Below the pieces are notes generated by a model, which saw only the letters and a list, made by a program, of their open reading frames with translations, was not told where the DNA came from and made no database searches. A DNA stretch of 64,000 bases. Source: an uncultured Clostridia bacterium. GTDB taxonomy: Bacteria; Bacillota; Clostridia; TANB77; CAG-508. Where the stretch lies: assembly GCA_944388045.1 (NCBI GenBank), contig CALXHG010000002.1:905-64904 (forward strand), given 5' to 3'. Positions 52,116-60,474 of this stretch are shown here, one piece after another; within the stretch, counting starts at the first letter, position 1, and the number at the start of each line of letters is the position of its first letter. Position numbers and translations under genes: made by a program.

Positions 52116-54161
52116 ATGGTAGATTTAAATAAAGATGTAAAATATGTAAAAGGAGTTGGACCCAATAGAATTCAGCTTTTAAATAAATTAAAAATATATA
52201 CATTAAAAGATTTAATAACATATTATCCAAGAGATTATGAAGACAGAAGTAAACCTCAAAATATATGTGACTGTGAAGATGGTACAGAAGTTTTAATTGA
52301 GGCAATGCCAATAAGCAAAATAACAGAATACAGAAAAGGCAAAATGATAATTAGTAGATTAATTGTAAGAGACCAAACAGGTACATGTTATATTACATGG
52401 TATAATCAAGGATATTTAAAAAACAGATTTATACCTATGAAGTTTTACCGTTTTTTTGGCAAAGTGAGTAAAAAAGGGAATAGACTAGAAATGAATTCTC
52501 CTGTTTTTGACGAAATAGAGCAAACCAAAAATACAGGAAAAATCATTCCAATATATCCATTAACATATGAACTAAAGCAAAGCACTTTAAGAAGAATTAT
52601 AGAAAATGGCTTAGCAGAAGTAGACGGAAAGTTAGAAGAAACGCTACCAGAATATCTTTTAAAAGAAAACAATTTATTAGACATAAATACAGCAATAAAT
52701 AGAATACATTTTCCTATAGATTTTTCCGATTATAACAAATCTCGTGATAGATTAGTTTTTGAGGAATTACTAACAACTCAATTAGCTTTATTAAAATTAA
52801 AAAATAATTATGAAAGAGAAAAAAATGGTATAGAATTTAGTAAAGAAGTAAAAATGTCAGATGTAATAAATATTTTGCCATTTAAGTTAACAAAGGCACA
52901 ACTAAGAGTTCTTGAAGAAATTGATAATGATATGGAAAGCCAAAGACCTATGAATAGACTTTTACAAGGAGATGTAGGGTCAGGAAAAACAGTTGTTGCA
53001 ATGATTTCTGCATATAAAGCTGTAAAATCTGGATATCAAGCAGCAATAATGGCACCAACGGCAATTCTTGCAAGTCAACACTTAGAGGGTTTCCAGTCAA
53101 TTTTATCTCAATTTGGAATTAGATGTGAGCTTCTAATTTCTAGTATTACTAAAAAGAAAAAAACAGAAATTTTGGAAAAATTGCAAAATGGAGAAATAGA
53201 TATTTTAATAGGAACACATGCACTATTAGAAGAAAATGTAGTATTTAAAAATTTAGGACTTGTTGTAACAGATGAGCAACATAGGTTTGGAGTAAAACAA
53301 CGTGCAACAATTGCAACAAAAGGCAAAAATCCAGACACAATCGCAATGTCTGCAACACCAATTCCACGTACACTAGCTTTAATATTATATGGAGATTTGG
53401 ATATATCTATTATAGACGAATTACCACCAAACAGAAAGAAAATAGAAACATTTGCAGTTAGAAAAGGAATGACAGAGAGAGTAAATCAGTTTATTAGGAA
53501 GCAAATAGATGATGGTAGACAAGCATATATAGTTTGTCCATTAGTTGAAGAGAATGAAGAATTAGGATTAAAATCTGTAATAGAATTAGAAGAAAAATAT
53601 AAAAACGAAACATTTAGTAGTTACAAAGTTGCATATTTACATGGAAAAATGAAAGCAAAAGAAAAAGACGAAATAATGGAAAAATTCAAAAATGGAGAAA
53701 TACAAATATTAATTGCAACAACAGTAATAGAAGTAGGTGTAAATGTACCAAATGCAAGTATAATGGTAGTAGAAAATGCAGAAAGATTTGGACTTGCACA
53801 ATTACACCAATTAAGAGGAAGAGTAGGAAGAGGAGAATATCAATCATATTGTATTTTAAAATTTGATGGAAATAGTGAAACAATAAGACAAAGAATGAAA
53901 GTAATGTGTGATACAAATGATGGATTTATAATATCAGAAAAAGATTTAGAACTAAGAGGTTCTGGAGACTTTTTTGGAACAGAACAACATGGTATACCAG
54001 AATTTAAAATTGCAAATTTATTTGAAGATATGGGAACACTAAAAAAAGTTCAAAAAATTGCAATGCAAATAATGGCAGATGACCCACTACTAGAAAAAGA
54101 AAAAAATGCAAAATTAAATGAATTAATAAAATCAAAATTTAGTTCAAGAATTGAGATTTAA
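52116..54161 (+). CDS. recG: ATP-dependent DNA helicase RecG
   Basis: Wedge domain, then helicase motifs GDVGSGKT, TDEQHRFGV, MSATPIPRT and QLHQLRGRVGRG. Confidence 0.9.
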   Translation: MVDLNKDVKYVKGVGPNRIQLLNKLKIYTLKDLITYYPRDYEDRSKPQNICDCEDGTEVLIEAMPISKITEYRKGKMIISRLIVRDQTGTCYITWYNQGYLKNRFIPMKFYRFFGKVSKKGNRLEMNSPVFDEIEQTKNTGKIIPIYPLTYELKQSTLRRIIENGLAEVDGKLEETLPEYLLKENNLLDINTAINRIHFPIDFSDYNKSRDRLVFEELLTTQLALLKLKNNYEREKNGIEFSKEVKMSDVINILPFKLTKAQLRVLEEIDNDMESQRPMNRLLQGDVGSGKTVVAMISAYKAVKSGYQAAIMAPTAILASQHLEGFQSILSQFGIRCELLISSITKKKKTEILEKLQNGEIDILIGTHALLEENVVFKNLGLVVTDEQHRFGVKQRATIATKGKNPDTIAMSATPIPRTLALILYGDLDISIIDELPPNRKKIETFAVRKGMTERVNQFIRKQIDDGRQAYIVCPLVEENEELGLKSVIELEEKYKNETFSSYKVAYLHGKMKAKEKDEIMEKFKNGEIQILIATTVIEVGVNVPNASIMVVENAERFGLAQLHQLRGRVGRGEYQSYCILKFDGNSETIRQRMKVMCDTNDGFIISEKDLELRGSGDFFGTEQHGIPEFKIANLFEDMGTLKKVQKIAMQIMADDPLLEKEKNAKLNELIKSKFSSRIEI

Positions 54162-54179
54162 TATTGGGATTGTGGGCTT

Positions 54180-54280
54180 GGGGTCGGTCCCAAAACAAAA
54201 AAGGGACCGACCCCAGCAACAAAAGGGACCGACCCCAACGCAAAAAGGGACCGACCCCAACACAAAAAGGGACCGACCCC
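54180..54280. repeat. Family B GC-cluster array: one forward and four reverse units
   Basis: GGGGTCGGTCCC-AAAACAAAAAA-GGGACCGACCCC hairpin right after the recG stop, then three more GGGACCGACCCC units at 22-bp spacing. Confidence 0.9.
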
Positions 54281-54308
54281 AGCAAACAAGAAAAGGAAGT
54301 AGATAAAA

Positions 54309-54500
54309 ATGTTACAAATTATAGTAAAATTAATTGGAGCAATTATTGTATTAACAGGTGTAGTAGTTATATATGATGCACGTTTAATTACAAAAAAATA
54401 TTTTGGATTTGGAGATAAAAATGAAGCGACTACAGGATTAAAAATGTTGGGAACAATAATTTCAACTGTAGGAGGATTAATAATATTCTTTATTGGCTAA
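54309..54500 (+). CDS. Hypothetical small 2-TM protein
   Basis: 63 aa with an RBS-like AAGGAAG upstream. Confidence 0.4.
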   Translation: MLQIIVKLIGAIIVLTGVVVIYDARLITKKYFGFGDKNEATTGLKMLGTIISTVGGLIIFFIG

Positions 54501-54773
54501 TAATATGCTAATAATAGTCTAATATAAGATAAAACAGGAAGAACACTATTAAAATTGACAGAAAGTAGGAAAATATTAGACAATAAAGAAACAGCAATAG
54601 TCTGTGAATAATACAAAATCAAAATAATATATAAATTATCTTTTATGTTCATAACAATAGCAATACAGTCGAGCAATTTAGAGAAAATAAAAAAGTTTCG
54701 ATTGTACTCGAACAATTTGACAAAATGTAAAGAAAGTGATAGAATAGACTGTAGAAAGAAAGGAAAGATAAAT

Positions 54774-55973
54774 ATGATAAAACGTGAAATGTATTTAAAA
54801 AAATTAAGAGCATCATATGATAGTGAATTAATAAAAATTATAATTGGAGTCAGACGCTCTGGAAAATCTGTATTAATGAAGCAGATAATAGATGAACTAA
54901 AAGAAAAAGGAATAAGAGAAGATCATATTATTTATATAAATTTTGAAGATTATGATTATATTGATTATACAAACCCAAAAGAATTTAATAAATATGTAAA
55001 AGATAAAATAAAAGATAAAGATAAATATTACTTGTTTTTTGACGAAATACAAAATGTTGAGGATTTTCAAAGAGTAATAAATTCTTTTAGAGCAACTTTA
55101 AATGTTAGTATATTTATAACTGGTTCAAATAGTAAAGTCTTATCTGGAGAATTATCAACATATCTAGCAGGGAGATATATTAGTGTAAAAATTATGCCAT
55201 TTACTTTCTCTGAATATTTTGAATTACAAAAAAGTAAACACATAGAAAAAAATAAAGATGAAGCATTTTTAGAATATGTTGAGTGGGGAGGAATGCCCCA
55301 AATATACAATTCAACAAATGAACAAGAGAGAAAAATGTATTTAAGAGATTTATATAATACAGTTATATTAAAAGATATTGTAGAAAGAAACACAATAAAA
55401 GATGTTAACCTTTTAAATAGAGTAATTCAATTTATAATGGAAAATATAGGTGGTGTTATTTCTGCAAATTCTATAACTAAATTTTTAAAAAGTGATAATG
55501 TTACATCAAGTTTAGACACAATTTTAAACTATATAGAATATATAACTAATTCCATGATTGTAAGTAAAGTTAATAGATATAATATAAGAGGAAAATCAGT
55601 AATGACTTTACTTGAAAAATATTATTTAGCAGATTTAGGAGTATTGCAATTAAAAAGTACTTCAATAGAAAAGAAAACAGGAGGGAGACTAGAAAATATA
55701 GTATATAATGAACTAATAGCCAGAGGATATGATGTTTATATAGGGAAAACAAATCATGGAGAAATTGATTTTGTTGTAGATAATTTTGGAGATAGATTTT
55801 ATATACAAGTAGCAGATTATTTATCAAGTGACGAAGTAATAGAAAGAGAATTTGGAGCATATAGAAGTGTAGCAGATAATTTCCCTAAATATGTTATTAC
55901 GATGGATAAAATTAATTATAGTAGAGATGGAATTATTCATAAAAACATAATAGATTGGTTATTAGAAAAATAA
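54774..55973 (+). CDS. AAA+ ATPase of the AAA_14/DUF4143 family, second paralog
   Basis: Start at the ATG after AAGGAAAG. Walker A GVRRSGKSV, YLFFDEIQ, ITGSNS, GEIDFVV...FYIQVA. Confidence 0.8.
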   Translation: MIKREMYLKKLRASYDSELIKIIIGVRRSGKSVLMKQIIDELKEKGIREDHIIYINFEDYDYIDYTNPKEFNKYVKDKIKDKDKYYLFFDEIQNVEDFQRVINSFRATLNVSIFITGSNSKVLSGELSTYLAGRYISVKIMPFTFSEYFELQKSKHIEKNKDEAFLEYVEWGGMPQIYNSTNEQERKMYLRDLYNTVILKDIVERNTIKDVNLLNRVIQFIMENIGGVISANSITKFLKSDNVTSSLDTILNYIEYITNSMIVSKVNRYNIRGKSVMTLLEKYYLADLGVLQLKSTSIEKKTGGRLENIVYNELIARGYDVYIGKTNHGEIDFVVDNFGDRFYIQVADYLSSDEVIEREFGAYRSVADNFPKYVITMDKINYSRDGIIHKNIIDWLLEK

Positions 55974-55976
55974 AAA

Positions 55977-56010
55977 GGCTGGTGGAGCTTGTGGCTCCAG
56001 CAGTCTTTTT
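55977..56010. terminator. G+C-rich hairpin between convergent genes
   Basis: GGCTGGTGGAGC-TTGT-GGCTCCAGCAGTC followed by TTTTT. Confidence 0.55.
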
Positions 56011-56071
56011 CCCCATTAAGAAATGCAAAGTTTTTATGACTGAAAACTAATTTTTTGCCGAGACATAAAAA

Positions 56072-56416
56072 TTAGTCTCTAGGCATAAAATAAACAATTT
56101 CTACGAGAAAGTCTTCGCCATTGTCAATGCTGAGGGTGTTATATTTGTTTTTCTCGTTTAAAATATAGATTTTATGCCCTGTAACATCGAAAAACCTCAA
56201 AATTTCTTTTGAGTACGAATTGCGGATAGTTCCGCTACAACATCCTTTTATGTGGATTATAGCGAATCTATGTAAGAAAGTTCCTGTTTTGAAAGTATAA
56301 TTCCTGTCCTTCATTAAAAGGACAGCTACTCTCATATCCCGTGCAGTTAGATACACTGCAACAAGGAAGAGTAGTATAATTGCGACTAATGCAATTATTA
56401 TTATTTTTGTGTACAT
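56072..56416 (-). CDS. Hypothetical 114-aa membrane-anchored protein, G+C-richer than its surroundings
   Basis: ATG at 56416 preceded by AAGGAGGA. One TM helix. In-frame CGG at 56339-56341. Confidence 0.45.
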   Translation of the reverse strand: MYTKIIIIALVAIILLFLVAVYLTARDMRVAVLLMKDRNYTFKTGTFLHRFAIIHIKGCCSGTIRNSYSKEILRFFDVTGHKIYILNEKNKYNTLSIDNGEDFLVEIVYFMPRD

Positions 56417-56552
56417 TAAACTATCCTCCTTATAGTTATCACAATTGTGAATGTACGGATTGAACCTAATGGGGAAAGGTTCAATAAATCGGAATATTAA
56501 CATAATATCATAAATTTAATATAAAGTCAATCTAAAAAGTTAAAAATTTCTA

Positions 56553-56580
56553 TTGACAAAAAGATTCAGCTTGGTATAAC
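56553..56580 (+). promoter_or_regulatory. Sigma-A promoter with extended -10
   Basis: TTGACA-N16-(TGG)TATAAC, about 370 nt upstream of the 56950 gene. Confidence 0.5.
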
Positions 56581-56949
56581 TAAATCGAAATATGTCGAAA
56601 GAAAAAGAGGGGAAACAAAAAAATGAAAAACCTTGAAAGCCTTGTGGCTGTACACACATGTATATATTATAAAATAAATAGATTTCAACAAAAGATGAGC
56701 ATAAAGCTATTTGGCAATATGTTATTTTTTGTGTATTTAAAATATACAAAAATAATATATTGTTGAATAGTATTTTTATACAAATAATATACACAAATAG
56801 CATATAATAAATATACTCAACAATATACAGCAAACATATTCAAAAAAAGTTTGTTAATTAATAAAGTTATTTAATTTATTAATATAAATACAAATATAAA
56901 TGAAATTATATAGAAGTACAATATTCATTTATATAGATGGGAGGAAAAG

Positions 56950-57888
56950 ATGAGCACCAAAAAAGAACCAAAGAACAGAAAAAAGAAACACAAATTAATA
57001 ACAAAAGGACATGGAAATGAGCCAACAGTAATAGAATTTAATTTAAGTAAAGCAGTAATTTTGCTAATAATAATAGGAGTAGTAATAGCAGGATTAGTAA
57101 CAAAAGAAATAGTAACAACAATAATAAAAGCAAGACAAAATAAAGTATTAGCAGAAGAAGCAACAAGTAGTGAAAATGCAGTATATGTACAAAGTTCAGA
57201 TGGAATACAAGTACCAGTACCAAAAGGATATGTGGCATCACAAATACCAGGAGAGACATCAGTAAATGGAGGATTTGTAATATATGAAGATAATTATAAT
57301 GGACAACCAATAGATTGGAATTCAATATTAGTAGAAACAAATAGTTTATCAGCAAATTCTTTAAATGCAAGTAATGCAATAAATAGTACAACACCACAAG
57401 CAACAAATGATGCATATTTAGACTATAGCAACAATCCATATAAAGACGAAGATGACTATGAAGAAGGAGAAGATGAATGGCAAACAAATGGACCAGAAGA
57501 TGGAGAAGATTCAGATTCAACAGTAAAAATATATACATATGGAGCAATAATACAAAACAAAGATAAAAGTGGAAAGCTAATAGAAAATGGAGGAGCAGAA
57601 TTTACATTATCATTAGGTGGAAATGCACAATATTTTAAAAAGACATCAGATGGAGTATATTTCTTAGTAAACTCAACAGATAGTGATGGAGGAGCACCAA
57701 CCCAAACATTAGTAGTAGGAGCAGATGGAACATTAAAAATATATGGATTAGCAACAGGAAATTACACATTAACACAAACAAAAGCACCAAAAGGATATAA
57801 TAAAGCATCATCAACAGCAGCAATAAATATAGTAGATGCAGAACCAAAACAGAAAAATATAAATTATTATATTTATGTTCTGGTTTAA
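56950..57888 (+). CDS. Membrane-anchored surface protein with a C-terminal SpaA/Cna-B-like (prealbumin-fold) domain
   Basis: RBS GGGAGGA. TM helix. ..VPVPKGYVASQ..GGFVIYED.. module shared with 58173. C-terminal ..GAEFTL......DG.L.I.GLATGNYTLTQTKAPKGYN. Extreme A-ending codon bias like dnaK and yebC. Confidence 0.55.
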   Translation: MSTKKEPKNRKKKHKLITKGHGNEPTVIEFNLSKAVILLIIIGVVIAGLVTKEIVTTIIKARQNKVLAEEATSSENAVYVQSSDGIQVPVPKGYVASQIPGETSVNGGFVIYEDNYNGQPIDWNSILVETNSLSANSLNASNAINSTTPQATNDAYLDYSNNPYKDEDDYEEGEDEWQTNGPEDGEDSDSTVKIYTYGAIIQNKDKSGKLIENGGAEFTLSLGGNAQYFKKTSDGVYFLVNSTDSDGGAPTQTLVVGADGTLKIYGLATGNYTLTQTKAPKGYNKASSTAAINIVDAEPKQKNINYYIYVLV

Positions 57889-58172
57889 ATTATATATATA
57901 TAAAGATTTTAACAAATGAGAATAGTTTAAAACTATAAGCAACTTAAAATAGAACAAAAATATATTAATTTTTTTGAGTCAAACTTTAATTTATTTAATT
58001 AACTAAACTATTGACAAAAATATTAAAAATGATATAGGATTATATTATAACAAAAGAAAAATTTTACCCAATGATTAAAGTAAGATTAAAGAAAATTTTA
58101 TTAAAGAATTTCATTTAATTCAAAATTTTCTAATATCTTTTAAGCTTTAAGAAAGGAATTAAAATTATAAAA

Positions 58173-59561
58173 ATGAATAAGACAAACAAAAAAATAAATC
58201 CAAAAGAACAAGGAGCATTAAATGTAATAACTATTATTATTACAGTAGCAATTCTTGTATTATTATCTGGTATAACTATAGCCGCTTTAGTAGGTAATGG
58301 AGAAAATGGTATTTTAGCTAGAGCTCAGCAATCTAGGCTTATGAATGAAATTGCAATAGAAAAAGAAAAAATAGAAACTGCAGTACAAAGTACAATAGGT
58401 ACAAAATATGCTGGGAAAATTGATGGTCCAGCTTTATATAATGAACTAAAAAATAACATGAAAGAAAATATAGAATGGAACATATGTGGAACAACTAATT
58501 ATATCACTTTTGTTGATAGTGAAAGAATATATTTAGTAACAGACAGAGGAGAAGTTTTGGCATTTGAAGACCCAGATTTTGAAGTTGGAGTAATCATGTC
58601 AGAAAATACAACATATACAGACCCTGATGGACATACTGCAATAATTCCTGCTGGTTTTTGCCTAGTAAGAGGCTCTGTAAAAATATCTGATGGATTGGTT
58701 ATATCTGATGTTGCATATGATGACATATTTAATTCTGAAGGTGGAAATCAATTTGTATGGATTCCAGTAGATGGCGAAAATTTAAAATATGAAAGAGATA
58801 CCACAATTGGAAAAGATTTATCTTATAAATATTATGAATATACAGACTGGAAAGATGAAGGAGTAAACACAAGCAGTGTTTCAAAATATAAAGGATTTTA
58901 TGTAGCAAGATTTGAAGCTGGAATACCAGAAAACACAATTTTTACAAATCAAGAAAATGATAATACTTATATAGAAACAGGAAAAAATATAGGTAGTTAT
59001 ACACCTGTAAGTAAAAAAAATACAAAATCTTGGAATTTAATTAATCAAGTTAATGCTAAAGCAGTATCAGAGAGAATGTATAGGAATAGCAACTCTGTAA
59101 AAAGTTGCTTAATAGACAGTTTTGCATGGGATACTATTACAAAATGGTTATCAAATTCTGGCTATAATATTACAAACAGTACTGACTGGGGTAATTTTAT
59201 GGATTCCAAATTTGACTATTTAGGATTATGTGCAAAACATAATTACAGTGAAAATAAATGGAAAGTATCTAAAAAGTGGGAAGAAACAAATGCAATAAAC
59301 TCTGGAGAAATGACAGAAATTCCAACAGGTTCTACAGAGAGAAATTTTGCAAATAATATATATGATTTTGCAGGTAATATGTGGGAATGGACAACAGAAA
59401 ATGGAAAACATGCTGGTCCATCAAATACGTATGGAGTACTAAGAGGAGGAGGCTTTTTTACAGAAAGTGGTACAACAGCTGTAGGACAAAGAGATGGTTT
59501 AAACAGAGACATATATAGTGCTGTTAATGTTGGTTTTAGAGTTGTTCTATATTTAAAATAA
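58173..59561 (+). CDS. Pilin-like N-terminal anchor plus FGE-sulfatase (SUMF1/formylglycine-generating-enzyme-like) domain protein
   Basis: N-terminus ..ITIIITVAILVLLSGITIAALVGNGENGILARAQQSR (pseudopilin-like but lacks the G/FTLIE cleavage site). C-terminus GFYVARFEAG..NIYDFAGNMWEWT..GVLRGGGF..VGFRVVLY. Confidence 0.6.
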   Translation: MNKTNKKINPKEQGALNVITIIITVAILVLLSGITIAALVGNGENGILARAQQSRLMNEIAIEKEKIETAVQSTIGTKYAGKIDGPALYNELKNNMKENIEWNICGTTNYITFVDSERIYLVTDRGEVLAFEDPDFEVGVIMSENTTYTDPDGHTAIIPAGFCLVRGSVKISDGLVISDVAYDDIFNSEGGNQFVWIPVDGENLKYERDTTIGKDLSYKYYEYTDWKDEGVNTSSVSKYKGFYVARFEAGIPENTIFTNQENDNTYIETGKNIGSYTPVSKKNTKSWNLINQVNAKAVSERMYRNSNSVKSCLIDSFAWDTITKWLSNSGYNITNSTDWGNFMDSKFDYLGLCAKHNYSENKWKVSKKWEETNAINSGEMTEIPTGSTERNFANNIYDFAGNMWEWTTENGKHAGPSNTYGVLRGGGFFTESGTTAVGQRDGLNRDIYSAVNVGFRVVLYLK

Positions 59562-59704
59562 GTAAAAATAAATTTCTATTTTGCTTTTTACAATATAAAT
59601 TTTTTAAAACTAAGAAATAATTTGTATAATGAAGTATAAATTAAAAAAAATGAGATAAACTAATTTTTAGATATAAATTTTTATAAAAATCGTTGATTAA
59701 ACAG

Positions 59705-59733
59705 TTGCAAAAATTTAATTTATATGCTAAAAT
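59705..59733 (+). promoter_or_regulatory. Strong sigma-A promoter of the candidate ncRNA
   Basis: TTGCAA-N17-(TGC)TAAAAT. Confidence 0.6.
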
Positions 59734-59739
59734 AAATAT

Positions 59740-60023
59740 AACAAAAAGTTAATAAATATCAGCCCTGCGTAGTGCGTGTAGGCAGAATTTTTAGAACCTA
59801 CAAGTTTAAAAAGGGACCAAATCTTTGGGTATGGCGTGCAAGCTTACACTTTTGCAAATTTAAATTTAGCTTTAAGTAGTAAGAAGCCCACAAGTACTCA
59901 AGTAGGACCCACCTGTCGAAGACAGGTCCTTAAAAATTCCACTAACTTACGGCTAATGTGGGGAAACAAAATAATTCAATAACGAAGTAAGGTGAAAAAC
60001 AGTTAACTGTTTTTCACCTTTTG
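59740..60023 (+). ncRNA. Candidate structured ncRNA of unknown class (~280 nt), bounded by a promoter and a terminator
   Basis: No ORF. The local G+C is clearly above the intergenic background. Possible closing helix 59763-59782 / 59946-59963. Internal hairpins include ACCTGTC-GAAG-ACAGGT. Terminator GGTGAAAAACAG-TTAA-CTGTTTTTCACC plus TTTT (59991-60023). Confidence 0.5.
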
Positions 60024-60038
60024 CCATTCTGTTTTGTT

Positions 60039-60340
60039 GGGGGCGGTCCCTTTTTCTATTAGGGTCGGTCCCTTTTTCTATTGGGGTCGGTCCTAAATCA
60101 TACCAATATATAAAATATTTTGCAATACCGCGTAAGCGACTAAATGAGTGTAGCGAATGCGATTTGGAGCAACTTATTTATAGCAATTCTTTTGTAGGTT
60201 GCGACACACAAGTTATAAAAAATTTTTTATATATTGGTATGATTTAGGACCGACCCCAATAGAAAAAGGGACCGACCCTAGCCAAACTGCCCAAAAAGGG
60301 ACCGACCCCAATGTTATAGGACAAAAAGAGAACCGGCACT
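60039..60340. repeat. Family B composite palindrome b2: GC-cluster units plus 33-bp inverted repeats around a 109-bp core, inverted relative to b1
   Basis: IR-L 60083-60115 GGGGTCGGTCCTAAATCATACCAATATATAAAA and IR-R 60225-60257. The arms pair perfectly for ~54 bp. The core 60116-60224 is ~90% identical by eye to the reverse complement of 36794-36904. Confidence 0.85.
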
Positions 60341-60474
60341 TTTTTTCCCAACCCAAGACAAAATTATAAAGAATTTCTTAAAACTCTTTATTTTTTTATA
60401 AAAATATAATATAATGTACTCGCAACTTGTAAAATAACAAAAATAGGGATTTTTCACGAAAGGAAGTAAAAATA

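Noticed and set aside
54164-54376. ORFs 54164-54376 (+), 36845-37108 (-), 36928-37131 (-) and 62841-63074 (-).
   Set aside because: The reading frames are generated by the GC-cluster repeats or by the PBP1A tandem repeat (repetitive GTDPS/KGPTP-type peptides). They are not genuine genes.
57038-57547. Long antisense or alternative-frame ORFs from the track (e.g. 57038-57547 -, 45130-45753 -, 42222-42677 -, 30116-30499 -, 49382-49774 -, 11574-11957 -, 2429-2761 -).
   Set aside because: They lie opposite or inside well-supported conserved genes. They are Leu/Phe/Ser low-complexity products of the A-ending codon bias on the sense strand. They have no RBS.
59740-60023. Assignment of the candidate ncRNA to SRP RNA, tmRNA, RNase P RNA or a T-box/riboswitch.
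   Set aside because: It lacks the SRP GGAAGCAGC helix-8 motif (only CAGGTCC matches), the RNase P GAGGAAAGTCC motif, a tRNA-like ..CCA end or tag ORF, and the T-box sequence. It is separated from the next gene by a 300-bp repeat element.
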